Shown: in pieces, positions 18,063-27,257 of the stretch
Layout: each line of letters begins with the position of its first letter
How positions within the stretch are numbered: the first letter of the stretch is position 1
Assembly: GCA_021513695.1 (NCBI GenBank)
Contig: CP084166.1
Location: 2,272,001-2,336,000 of the forward strand
Direction of reading: 5' to 3'
DNA from: Candidatus Heimdallarchaeum aukensis
Lineage (GTDB): Archaea; Asgardarchaeota; Heimdallarchaeia; Heimdallarchaeales; Heimdallarchaeaceae
Length of the DNA: 64,000 nucleotides
Position numbers and translations under genes: made by a program
The notes under the pieces: generated by a model
Seen by the model: the letters and a program-made list of their open reading frames with translations, nothing else
Told to the model about the DNA's origin: nothing
Database searches by the model: none

Positions 18063-18068
18063 CTTTTA

Positions 18069-18761
18069 TCAACTTTTTTTTAATGAATATCGAATTATTA
18101 TTTCGTCTCCGTCCTTCAAGTTAAATTTTTCCCTAATATTAATGTCACTTACAATTTCTGCTATATTTTTTCCATAATGCGTTCTTCTTGGAACAATAAT
18201 TGCAGCTTTTTCATCAGAGTCAAATAGTTTAACTGAATAGCATAACACATCTCCAAAACTTCTTCCTTCTTCTTTAAAGCCAGTTATTATCTTTGGAAAT
18301 GATCCTCTAATAAGATCTAATTTCTCGACATCATTAGGGTCTATTCTTACATTTAGTGTTCCAGGGTAAGGGACAAAGCCTAGTGTCTTTTTGAAACTTT
18401 TTACATAACTTGGTTGAGACATATAATATTTTCCTTCTCCAAATCCAGTAAAAACTAATCCACGCAACACAAGTTCTGTTTTATCAGGGTGGATAGCTTT
18501 TTCTAGCTCAAATCGAAGGTTATGTAGTGTCTCAATACCCTTATCAGTTAACTGTGCATTAGAACCTCTAGGGCCTGATTCCCATAAAATAAAATCCATT
18601 GCTGCCAGTTTCAATAAGTATCTTGACGCACTTTGTTGAGACATATTGAATACTTTAGCAACTTCTGTTGTAGTAATCTCCACTTTATGATCGATTGCAT
18701 GCTTTTGTGCTATATATATTAGTAATCCAATCTCTCGATTTGATAAATGAAAAATGTTCAC
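18069..18761 (-). CDS. ribK: CTP-dependent riboflavin kinase with an N-terminal wHTH (RbkR-like bifunctional regulator/kinase)
   Basis: Archaeal RibK core (YPGTLNVRI, GEGKYY) preceded by an HTH region (LLIYIAQKHAI...MSQQSASRYLLKL). Confidence 0.75.
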   Translation of the reverse strand: MNIFHLSNREIGLLIYIAQKHAIDHKVEITTTEVAKVFNMSQQSASRYLLKLAAMDFILWESGPRGSNAQLTDKGIETLHNLRFELEKAIHPDKTELVLRGLVFTGFGEGKYYMSQPSYVKSFKKTLGFVPYPGTLNVRIDPNDVEKLDLIRGSFPKIITGFKEEGRSFGDVLCYSVKLFDSDEKAAIIVPRRTHYGKNIAEIVSDINIREKFNLKDGDEIIIRYSLKKS

Positions 18762-19023
18762 GAGTTATCAAAAACATAGATATTTGTACTTTCTTAAATT
18801 TTTCAGTTAATCAACTTAATTTTTTTGCATTTTTTTAATCAATTTTGCTCTCACGGACTTTTAAAGGGGTAGAACTGGTCTTTTATTGTACCATAGTAGG
18901 CGGTTGAGTGCCATACAAAAATAATTAGTTGCTTTTATGTTATCTCCTTCTTTTCATCAAAAGTATATTTTTTTGTAATTCGAATAAAAACCTTTAAATA
19001 TCCAGTTAGAAACTGTATAATGG

Positions 19024-19048
19024 GGACTTACATTTTTATGTAAGTCTT
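19024..19048. promoter_or_regulatory. Perfect 9-bp-arm palindrome (gacttacat-ttttt-atgtaagtc) upstream of the SD-led operon. Candidate operator or hairpin.
   Basis: Inverted repeat read directly from the sequence in an AT-rich intergenic region. Confidence 0.3.
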
Positions 19049-19073
19049 TTACATCTGATTGGAGTGAAGAAGG

Positions 19074-19208
19074 ATGTCTCGAAAAGAATCAGTGAAAAAA
19101 ATAGATGAGGAAGTAAAGAAATTGAAAGAGAAATTAGAAAAAGATGGAAAGAAAAGTGTTTCGTCTAGAGAATGGGTGAATTACGAAACTTTCAGTATTA
19201 TTTTTTAG
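19074..19208 (+). CDS. Small K/E-rich ORF (44 aa), MSRKESVKKIDEEVKKLKEKLEKDGKK...
   Basis: ATG..TAG ORF, followed 11 nt later by the SD+ATG of the next gene. Not in the ORF track (<60 aa). Confidence 0.25.
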   Translation: MSRKESVKKIDEEVKKLKEKLEKDGKKSVSSREWVNYETFSIIF

Positions 19209-19219
19209 GAGGAATAAAA

Positions 19220-19516
19220 ATGAAAGAAGAAAATTACAATTTTGATTTATGGTCTGAAGAGCTATCAAAATCAATAAGAAATTGGGTTGAAACAACAATA
19301 TGCAATTTACAGAATGACCTAAAACAATTCCATGGTCCATTGAAACAATTCTCACAAATTTCATCAGAAGGAATACAAACTGCATTGGTTAATTTTACAA
19401 CAAATCTAAAAGAAACAATAACAGAATTATCGGAAGATTTCTTAGATACAATAGAAGATGCTCTTGATGCTATTGAGGATGTAATGGAAGATCTAGAAGA
19501 AGCTGCTGAAGAATAA
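19220..19516 (+). CDS. Small acidic protein with an extremely acidic C-terminus
   Basis: Strong Shine-Dalgarno AGGAGG 7 nt upstream of ATG 19220. C-terminal DFLDTIEDALDAIEDVMEDLEEAAEE. Confidence 0.5.
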   Translation: MKEENYNFDLWSEELSKSIRNWVETTICNLQNDLKQFHGPLKQFSQISSEGIQTALVNFTTNLKETITELSEDFLDTIEDALDAIEDVMEDLEEAAEE

Positions 19517-19562
19517 AAAGAGAAATAAAAAAAAGTAAACGGTGAAAAAAATGGAAAGTAAA

Positions 19563-19640
19563 TATATTGGAATGAATTTGTTGAAAAGTTTATCAAACTT
19601 AGATAAGGGGATGAGAAAGAAAAATATTGGAATGTATTTC
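19563..19640. promoter_or_regulatory. Two copies of the direct repeat AATATTGGAATG(A/T)ATTT, 58 bp apart, upstream of the ArsR-type gene. Candidate operator sites.
   Basis: aaatatattggaatgaattt (19563-) and aaaatattggaatgtattt (19621-). Confidence 0.3.
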
Positions 19641-19785
19641 CTTTACTTTTCTTCTCTAAATAGAAATTATTTGTATAAGACTTTTAATTGTTTTGAATTA
19701 TCGTCAAACAAATTCTCAAATGATATAGCCTATCTTGTAGCAAATAATTCTTGGAATATCAGTTCTATAGAGAGGAGGATTTTCT

Positions 19786-20916
19786 ATGAGTGATGATGAT
19801 GAATATAAAATAAAGAAGGAATTGGAAGAATTAAAGAAAAGAAATCAAGAATTAGAGAAAATGATTAAAGCTGTATTTAACAGAATGGATAAGATAAATG
19901 GTTCAAGAAAAGAAGATGAAAAAACAGGTGATAATGTCTCTGATAAAATCGAAAAAAAAGAGATTGAAAAGCTTCTTGAAAAAGATCTCAGACGGTTAAA
20001 AAAGGAAAGAATCAGCAACCAACATCATAGACACCACTTCTCTCCTAATTTAGAAGAAAGAAGATTTGAACGTGATGAGAGAGTTCATTCGATACGAAGA
20101 GCTCCTTCTCCTCCTAGCGCTCCTTCTACACCTAGAACTCCTTCCACACCTAAAGAACCTTTACCTCCAGAACATATCGGTCGTCCTCCAAGAAAACACA
20201 TTTTATTGTCTAAAGAAGAGATTGCTCGAGCTAGAGAAGAGATTAAACGTGCAAAGGAAGAGCTTCGACGAGAAAGAGAACGAATGAGACTTGAAGCTAG
20301 AAGAAAAGCTTTAGAATCTGCAAAAAAATCTGATGTTAAGCCATTTATTTTTTCTAAAAATATCGATTTAGATGGTTTTGGAGAAACAATCTCAAAGTAC
20401 GTTGAAAGTATCCTAGAATCTGTTTCAAGAAATATCGAAGAAACTGTAAAAAGTGCTTTTTCAACAGAAAAATCTTCAACTGGTAGAATCTCTGGTTCCA
20501 ATTTTCCCACATCAAATAAAAAGGCTAGTAAATTTTCCTTTCCTTACGATTACAGGAGGATTCCTATAGACGAAATAGAATCCTACCTTGATGAGATATC
20601 TGAGCTTTTATCTGCAATAGGTGATAAGAATCGATTACATATCTTAAAATTGCTTGAACTTCAACCTGAATATCAAAAAGAGCTTTCAGAAAAAACTGGT
20701 CTTCGTGGTGGTACATTTAAGCATCATACAGACATTCTTGCAAAAAATGGACTTATTACACAAGAAACAGTAAGAGGAAGATATCTTATAACACAACTAG
20801 GGATTGAAGCTCTAAAGTTAGCAGAGATATTATATACCAGAAAACAGGACCTGTATTCTTCAGAAGATTCGTTAGATGATGAAGATGATGATGAAATAAA
20901 TATTGATATTAATTAG
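19786..20916 (+). CDS. ArsR-family wHTH protein fused to a long N-terminal coiled-coil and a proline-rich segment
   Basis: SD GAGGAGGA before the ATG. C-terminal ArsR-like HTH (DKNRLHILKLLELQPEYQKELSEKTGLRGGTFKHHTDILAKNGLI). PSPPSAPSTPRTPSTPKEPLPP tract. K/E/R coiled-coil. Confidence 0.6.
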   Translation: MSDDDEYKIKKELEELKKRNQELEKMIKAVFNRMDKINGSRKEDEKTGDNVSDKIEKKEIEKLLEKDLRRLKKERISNQHHRHHFSPNLEERRFERDERVHSIRRAPSPPSAPSTPRTPSTPKEPLPPEHIGRPPRKHILLSKEEIARAREEIKRAKEELRRERERMRLEARRKALESAKKSDVKPFIFSKNIDLDGFGETISKYVESILESVSRNIEETVKSAFSTEKSSTGRISGSNFPTSNKKASKFSFPYDYRRIPIDEIESYLDEISELLSAIGDKNRLHILKLLELQPEYQKELSEKTGLRGGTFKHHTDILAKNGLITQETVRGRYLITQLGIEALKLAEILYTRKQDLYSSEDSLDDEDDDEINIDIN

Positions 20917-20930
20917 GGGGAGTTTAAAAA

Positions 20931-21593
20931 ATGACATTGAGTATTAGAAATTCTCCTATAAAAATTAAGAAAACAATTACGCACACCTTTAACAGTAAAC
21001 ATGTCAAATTAGAGTTGAAGAAGGGGTCTTTGCTCTTTCCTATTTTTGATGATTCTAACGATGTTCAAGTGGGTTGGCTGTTCTCTGGAACACTTACTGT
21101 TTTTGGTGATTTAATTGTCCACACTAATGATGGAGCTGCAGGAAAAATCGTTTCACAACAATACTCTAATAGTGTTTTTATGCCTGTAGTTCTTGAATTT
21201 TTATCTTTCAATGCTGTAAGAGAAATTAAACCTTTATCCGATTTTAGTTATTATACGAAGATTATAATGGACTTTAATAAAAAGATAATTTTCACTAATT
21301 TTATAAGAAAAACAGCACCCAACACCTTTATTTGGGGAGATAAACATGGGTCTTTTTGGATGATCTCAAAGGAAAAAACGTTTTTTGTGAATTTACCTGA
21401 AGTACTAGCGAGAGAAAGAGATGATGAATTACTATATCTAGATAAAAAGGGTTTCACTATAGTAAAAGACGGTGTTATTTCCTTCGAAACATCTACATTT
21501 TTATCTGGTCAAAGAATTAGGAAATTCATTTCTGAAATGTTGGATAATGTAAACATCGATACTTTTCTTAAAAATTTTAATATTACTTTTTGA
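20931..21593 (+). CDS. Hypothetical protein (third gene of the SD-led operon)
   Basis: SD AGGGGGAG before the ATG. 220 aa, no recognisable motif. Confidence 0.5.
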   Translation: MTLSIRNSPIKIKKTITHTFNSKHVKLELKKGSLLFPIFDDSNDVQVGWLFSGTLTVFGDLIVHTNDGAAGKIVSQQYSNSVFMPVVLEFLSFNAVREIKPLSDFSYYTKIIMDFNKKIIFTNFIRKTAPNTFIWGDKHGSFWMISKEKTFFVNLPEVLARERDDELLYLDKKGFTIVKDGVISFETSTFLSGQRIRKFISEMLDNVNIDTFLKNFNITF

Positions 21594-21682
21594 AATTTTT
21601 TTCTTTTTTTATTTAAATCATCGAAATTGAATATTTATACAAGAAAAAGTAATTAAGAAGAAATTGTTTTTGAACTTAATTT

Positions 21683-22117
21683 TCAAAACACTTGTTTTAG
21701 TTTTTCAGATATTTCATTTAGCAATTGTTCCAGTTCTAACAATTCCGTTTCTTTCTTTGCTTTTAATTGACTTTCAATATTTTCTTTGAATTGCTTTAGA
21801 TCCCTTAGCACTAAAATATATTGTTCAATTTTTTCTTTCTTTTTTTCTATTAGTTGGGGAATGTCTTCTATTGATGTAACTGAAGATAATAAACTAGGGT
21901 CATTTTTTTCTTTTGCTACTATCAAGTTGCTAATTTCATTATCCAATTTGTCAATATTTCGATTAGTTGCATATATTTTTTGATTGATCTTTATTAAAAT
22001 ATCTTGAGCTCTTTCGATTATAGGCGATTGCTCTTGCTTTTTTCTTAATAAAATAAGCAATAAGGCAATTGAAACTATTCCAATTACACATAAAATTATT
22101 ACTAAAATGGTTTGCAT
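21683..22117 (-). CDS. Membrane-anchored coiled-coil protein
   Basis: N-terminal TM helix ILVIILCVIGIVSIALLLILL followed by K/E-rich heptad sequence. Confidence 0.5.
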   Translation of the reverse strand: MQTILVIILCVIGIVSIALLLILLRKKQEQSPIIERAQDILIKINQKIYATNRNIDKLDNEISNLIVAKEKNDPSLLSSVTSIEDIPQLIEKKKEKIEQYILVLRDLKQFKENIESQLKAKKETELLELEQLLNEISEKLKQVF

Positions 22118-22259
22118 AAGTAAAAGAATCTGTACTAATAAAAAAAACTATTGAAATATAAATTTGATTTATTGATTGATTTACTGCTGAAAGTTCCTTT
22201 TGGCTTGTATCTTTGAAAAATAAATTTTTTTTATAAAAAAAAAAGAATAGTATTAACAG

Positions 22260-23723
22260 TTAGAGTTGTTTGTAATTGATAATTCTAACTGTTAGTGGTT
22301 TTTTTGAAATATCTGCAATTCTTGCACCAATTATAAGTGAGATTCCTTTTGTATGTGCAATTTCAAGTAATCTTTGAGTTACTACTCCATCCACTATCAT
22401 TGTTTGAGCTTTTTCAATATTTTGTAGTTTGTTAAAAATCTCTTTTACTGAACTTTTTAGCACAACATTATAATTTTCATCAAAAACAACAGCTTCAAAT
22501 TGTTGTTTTACATCATTTACAGCTTTTTCTAACTGTTCAGGAAGCCTTATTCTTCTGATTACGCGTCTGGTGTGTTGTTGTCTTCCGCTTTGTGGATAAC
22601 TTCTTTGTTGTCTTCCGCTTTGTGGATAACTTCTTTGTTGTCTTCCGCTTTGTGGATAACTTCTTTGTTGTCTTCCATTCTGTGGATAACTTCTCTGTGG
22701 ATGACTTATTTGCTCTTTTTGTGGAGTGTGTCTATGATGAATCTCTTGTTCGTCTCTTCTTATAGTTTTTGAGGGGCGGAGTTCATGTTCATCTCTTTTT
22801 TTGCGTTTTTTTGGTTCTCCCTTTCTCTTTGTTCTCTCCTTGAACTCTGCAACAGTGATACCTTTATCGCTTCCAGTCAAGAAAATTGCTTTTTCTATCG
22901 GAACAGCATTTTTTAGTGCTTCATGTATCTCTGCCTCTGTGAGGTCTTCTACTTCTTTTCCCACAGGTGCTCTAGCTACATAACTTACATTAGCAACTTG
23001 AATTAGTTCTTTTAAAATTAAGTCTGCTCCCCTATCTCCATCGAGAAAAGCTGTTACTGTTTTATTTTTTATCAATTCTAGTAGTTTTTTAGGTATACTT
23101 GTTCCATTAACTGCTATTGTATTATCTATTCCAACTTTCAATAGGTTTATTACGTCTGCTCTACCTTCTACTAGAATAACCTTAGACGATTTCTCAAACC
23201 CAGGTCCTGCGTTGAATTTTTCATCTGTTAAACGTATCACAGTAGATTCTTTTACTTTTTTTGATGATTCTTCAACTTCTCTTTGAATTGAAGCACTAAA
23301 AGGACTTACCTTTTCATCCCATTGTCTAATAATCTCTGCGGCCCGATTAACAATGGCTTTCCTCTTTTTTATTCTTACATCAGTTATCTCATTCAGTTTT
23401 ATTTCACAATTACAAGGTCCAACCCTATCTACTGTCTCAAGTGTTGCAGCTAAAATCGCTGTTTCAGTTCTTGATAGACTAGATGGGATGATAATTTCAC
23501 CTGTTGTTATTCCCTCTTTGCTTGATATTTTTACATCAATTCTTCCAATCTTTCCAGTTTTTTGTAATTCTCTAATATCTAATTCCTCACTGAGTAAACC
23601 ATCAGTTTGGCCATATAATGCCCCTATAATGTCTGGTTTTTCTACTATTCCAATTACTTTAAAATTTGCATGTATCTCATATTTTGTCGTTGCTGTATCG
23701 GTTTTAGCACCCATTTTCATCAT
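22260..23723 (-). CDS. dnaG: Archaeal DNA primase DnaG (Toprim) with an internal low-complexity repeat insertion
   Basis: N-terminus matches archaeal DnaG (FKVIGIVEKPDIIGALYGQTDGLLSEELDIRELQKTGKIGRI...IIIPSSLSRTETAILAA...VGPCN). Toprim DGDRGAD. A 4x RSYPQSGRQQ repeat lies in the linker. Confidence 0.85.
   Translation of the reverse strand: MMKMGAKTDTATTKYEIHANFKVIGIVEKPDIIGALYGQTDGLLSEELDIRELQKTGKIGRIDVKISSKEGITTGEIIIPSSLSRTETAILAATLETVDRVGPCNCEIKLNEITDVRIKKRKAIVNRAAEIIRQWDEKVSPFSASIQREVEESSKKVKESTVIRLTDEKFNAGPGFEKSSKVILVEGRADVINLLKVGIDNTIAVNGTSIPKKLLELIKNKTVTAFLDGDRGADLILKELIQVANVSYVARAPVGKEVEDLTEAEIHEALKNAVPIEKAIFLTGSDKGITVAEFKERTKRKGEPKKRKKRDEHELRPSKTIRRDEQEIHHRHTPQKEQISHPQRSYPQNGRQQRSYPQSGRQQRSYPQSGRQQRSYPQSGRQQHTRRVIRRIRLPEQLEKAVNDVKQQFEAVVFDENYNVVLKSSVKEIFNKLQNIEKAQTMIVDGVVTQRLLEIAHTKGISLIIGARIADISKKPLTVRIINYKQL
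22575..22694. repeat. Perfect tandem repeat, 4 x 30 bp (ttgttgtcttccgctttgtggataacttct), in-frame within dnaG. The last unit carries 2 substitutions.
   Basis: Read directly from the sequence. Encodes a (QRSYPQSGRQ)n disordered segment. Confidence 0.9.
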
Positions 23724-24144
23724 CTCATGTAACTTTTTGTTAAGTCAGAATGGATACAGCGTTTCCTCTAACTCTCCCTACCTACTCTCAACAATAACAT
23801 TATCAAATCTGTTAAATCTTGATTATTCTAATTTATTTATTATGAATTATGATATTGTGATGTGAGTGTGATCGTGATGAGTCAGAGGATAGTTCTATCC
23901 ATACTATTATAGTTATTATTAAGACTCAATTATTTACTTACTGTGTCTGACACTTATTTTTATTATTTCTTATCAGACCTCATGATTAACTCCACATACA
24001 ACATTAAAAAACTTACCATTCTGTACAAACAGTAACTGTTAAACTTCCTAGAATGTAGTTTCTTTAGAGTTGAGGATTGTTTGATGTATTTAAATATTTA
24101 TAGCTGATAAAAAAAACTAAAAGAGAGTTTAACTATTTTATATT

Positions 24145-24801
24145 ATGCAAGAATTCACTTCTCATTTACTTCCTTTTAATGAAAATCACTCTCTTCATTA
24201 TTTAAAAATTGGAGAATCAGAAAATGCTATTATCTTAATTCATGGAGGGGATAGAAAATTCCAAAATGCACAATATTGGACCCCTCTCTTCCATGATTTG
24301 TCAAATAGTTTTACCGTGTTCGCAATTGACCTTTTAGGACATGGTGATTCTATCCCTGGAGAATCTCTAGCACAAAGTCAAAGAGTTCCAATTGAAACTC
24401 AAATAGAGGTTTTGAAAAAATTTAGTGATAAAGTGCTGATAAACTATGAAAAAAAGATTTGGGTTGGTCGGTCATATGGTGCAAATGTAGTTCTACACTT
24501 TACAAATAAATATCCAGAAGTAGTAACTCATCTATCTCTAATAGCTCCAGCTGTTTTTAGTATTTTCGTGGAAAATTTGAGTGATATAGTAAAGAATAAA
24601 CCTTTAATGCTATTTTGGGCAGAGAATGACCCAATTGTTCCTTTTTCCAATAATCATTTCTTTCTTAAACATTTTACTGATTGTAAATTAGTAAATGCAG
24701 GAACTATTACTTGCTCTGAAACAGAAAAATGGAGAGCACATACTCCTGAAATGGAAAAAAAAGATTTATTTCTCTCTTCTTTTTTAGCTTCTCTTCGTTA
24801 A
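24145..24801 (+). CDS. Alpha/beta-hydrolase fold protein
   Basis: IILIHGG...FAIDLLGHGDS and the nucleophile-elbow-like GRSYGA pattern. Confidence 0.65.
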   Translation: MQEFTSHLLPFNENHSLHYLKIGESENAIILIHGGDRKFQNAQYWTPLFHDLSNSFTVFAIDLLGHGDSIPGESLAQSQRVPIETQIEVLKKFSDKVLINYEKKIWVGRSYGANVVLHFTNKYPEVVTHLSLIAPAVFSIFVENLSDIVKNKPLMLFWAENDPIVPFSNNHFFLKHFTDCKLVNAGTITCSETEKWRAHTPEMEKKDLFLSSFLASLR

Positions 24802-24846
24802 TTTTTTTGACCAAAAAAAGAAAATAGGTGTTGATTAAAAGTTAAA

Positions 24847-25350
24847 TTATACATATTCTATGTAGACTCCAGTTCCCAATATTGATGAAACTGTTTGTAC
24901 TAATACTTCTTCTGATATTGGGAGTTTGTCTTTGTATTTTTTGTTAATCTCAACTTTGTATTCTTTGTCGCTAAAGGGAGGAATATACAAAACAGTAACA
25001 TTTTGTACAGGTGTTGGATCAATTAAGCTTTCTACTAGTTTTTTAGGATCATTTGTCTTCTTTAAGAATCGTATTTTTTTAGCTGCGATATTCTCTAACT
25101 CAGGTAAGATATAATCAGAAGATAAAACTGGAACATCTTGACTTCGTACAACTAGTATTACTAAATCTTCTAATTCAATAGAAGAATAAAAGTGAATATC
25201 ATTAAGTTCTTTATGTGATTTAGCTAGATCTACTAATAATTTTGAAATTTCTATGTCTAAATCGCTGATTTTTCCTTCCCTGTAAAGAACTTTGCATTTT
25301 CTACATAGAGTATTTGTTTGGGCGTCAATACGACATATTGGAAGTTTCAT
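24847..25350 (-). CDS. Hypothetical protein with an N-terminal Cys-rich (zinc-ribbon-like) segment
   Basis: N-terminal PICRIDAQTNTLCRKCK; the rest is a mixed alpha/beta pattern. No confident family. Confidence 0.35.
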   Translation of the reverse strand: MKLPICRIDAQTNTLCRKCKVLYREGKISDLDIEISKLLVDLAKSHKELNDIHFYSSIELEDLVILVVRSQDVPVLSSDYILPELENIAAKKIRFLKKTNDPKKLVESLIDPTPVQNVTVLYIPPFSDKEYKVEINKKYKDKLPISEEVLVQTVSSILGTGVYIEYV

Positions 25351-25601
25351 TCTACATCACGTATAGCAAATTATTAGTTTTAAATTTCAAGTTTTATTTA
25401 AAAAACTATTTATGTCTTCAAATTTAACGGACATCTTCTCTTTGATGTAAAATCCTTATTTCTCAAAGAATATGTTGGTTATTATCTTATTCTCTTAATC
25501 TGATAGGTTACGATCTATCTTTTCGATTAAAAAAACTGTGTCCATAGTAATTAAAACTTAAAAAATTGTTTAATAAAAAAAAATGAATTAGGTTTCTGGA
25601 G

Positions 25602-26657
25602 CTATATAAGACCCCTTTCCATGAGAACTCTAAATTCTTCAAGAGATAAACTCTCACCATTCTTATATTTTGTCAGAATGGCTTCAGCTCTTGAATCTAG
25701 AATCTCATCTCTTATTTGTTTAGCTCTGATTTTCCTTTCTTTTCTTCGTGCTTTTAGCTCAATTCCTACTGTTTTTGAAAGGATTTTCATATCTTTTGTT
25801 ATAGAATCTAATTCTTTCTTTATTTCTTTAATTTTAGAGCTAATAGTTAATACTTCTGCGTGTAATGAATCTGCTTCTTCTTTTGCAATTTTAGCTTCTT
25901 TTGTGGCTTCAACCATTCTCTTCTGATGAACTTGTGATTGATTAGCTAGTGTAGTGACGCTTGTATGATATGTTTTAATTTCCATTTGCATTTGTCTGAG
26001 TTTATTTTGCATTTCTTTAATTTCACTCTTTAGTTCTCTGAAAATCTCTAGTTTTTCAAGTGCTCCACTTAATGCTTCTAACTGCTTAAGGGTTTCTCTC
26101 TCTTGATCTTTATCCAGAAAAGGAGTTGTTTCTAGTTTTCTTTCAATAGCTCTTATTTTTTCACCTACTCTTCTATCTCGAGGAGCTCCTACATCTTTTA
26201 TCTTTGAGGATAGCTCTAAAAGTCTATTTTTAATCTTCTCTGCTTCCTCTTTAAGGATATCTCTCATCTGTTTTCTTACTTGTACTTCTTCGTTGATTTT
26301 GTCTCTTTTCTCTTTTTCACTTCTTGCTTCCTGAAAAAGTTTCTTCACAAGTTCATTTTTCTCGTCTCGTAACTTTCTCTTCTCACTTCTTTCTTCTAAA
26401 AGTCTATGTAATTCATTAGAAAGCATACTTCGTCTTTGTCTAAGATAACTTAGTTTCTCTTTCTTTTCCTCAAGACTGAGTTCAGCAAAACGTGATTCTT
26501 CTTTCTCTTTTTGTTCTTCAGTATCTGTTTTTGGGGTAGCTTGTTCCTGTATTAATTCTTGTTTTTGTTCTTGTTCTGGATTAGCTTTGTTTTCCCCTGT
26601 TAATTCAGATTCACTCTCTTCCTCTTTGATATTAATATTTTCCTCGTTCGAGCTCAT
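25602..26657 (-). CDS. Archaeal coiled-coil protein (COG1340-like)
   Basis: 351 aa, E/K/R-rich heptad repeats throughout with an acidic N-terminus. Confidence 0.5.
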   Translation of the reverse strand: MSSNEENINIKEEESESELTGENKANPEQEQKQELIQEQATPKTDTEEQKEKEESRFAELSLEEKKEKLSYLRQRRSMLSNELHRLLEERSEKRKLRDEKNELVKKLFQEARSEKEKRDKINEEVQVRKQMRDILKEEAEKIKNRLLELSSKIKDVGAPRDRRVGEKIRAIERKLETTPFLDKDQERETLKQLEALSGALEKLEIFRELKSEIKEMQNKLRQMQMEIKTYHTSVTTLANQSQVHQKRMVEATKEAKIAKEEADSLHAEVLTISSKIKEIKKELDSITKDMKILSKTVGIELKARRKERKIRAKQIRDEILDSRAEAILTKYKNGESLSLEEFRVLMERGLI

Positions 26658-26749
26658 TTGTCAGCACACTAGAAGTTCTAAATTCTTTTTTAGCAAAGAG
26701 TTTTCCACTCTCTGCGACACAACCTTTGGATAAAGGAGATTATTATAAT

Positions 26750-26908
26750 TTATTTTTTGTCAGATCGTCTCATACGTAGATTCTTTGATCTGCATTTTCT
26801 ACATTTTTTTGCAGTTATCGGGTTAGTAGCTGAGCATTCTCTACAAACCTTTACATCCATCAGATGTGCTCGTGCTATTGCGCGATGTTCGGGATTAGTT
26901 ACTGGCAT
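26750..26908 (-). CDS. rpl40e: Ribosomal protein L40e
   Basis: 52-aa product MPVTNPEHRAIARAHLMDVKVCRECSATNPITAKKCRKCRSKNLRMRRSDKK, carrying the L40e C4 zinc motif and N..N..CRKC signature. Translated manually from the minus strand. Confidence 0.7.
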   Translation of the reverse strand: MPVTNPEHRAIARAHLMDVKVCRECSATNPITAKKCRKCRSKNLRMRRSDKK

Positions 26909-27257
26909 TTTTTTAAACTCCTATAATTCTCCTTTACGTGTCCTAATTTCTGCTCTGTGTTTGATATTAAAAAAATTTCTATCGGTGTCTTGAACTTTTG
27001 TCTGAAGGAGTATTTATCAAGTAAAATTTAGTGTTGTTGTTTCTCCGTTAAACAACTTGATTTCTGCGTAGTTTTTTGTATGTTGATCCTGCACTCAGAT
27101 AAGCTAATTCAAGAGAGTGCAACTAGCATCTATTAACCTGAGGAGAAGGTTAAGTTTTCTTATATTAATTGGAGCAAAATGAAACAAACTCTTGCTCATA
27201 AAGAGCTGTTAGTATTTATGCTTCTATGTTTTAGAAAGACTAAAAAGTGATAATGTT

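Noticed and set aside
19542-19793. 83-aa plus-strand ORF between the acidic protein gene and the ArsR-type gene
   Set aside because: GTG start, no SD, overlaps the downstream gene start, low-complexity N/Y/F-rich product. The region is better explained as a regulatory spacer carrying the ATATTGGAATG repeats.
22572-22772. 66-aa plus-strand ORF (SSALWITSLL repeats) and possible CRISPR-like array
   Set aside because: It is the antisense reading of the 30-bp tandem repeat inside dnaG. The units are contiguous with no spacers and stay in-frame in the DnaG ORF, so this is neither a gene nor CRISPR.
26757-26993. 78-aa plus-strand ORF
   Set aside because: No motif. The opposite strand encodes a convincing L40e ribosomal protein.
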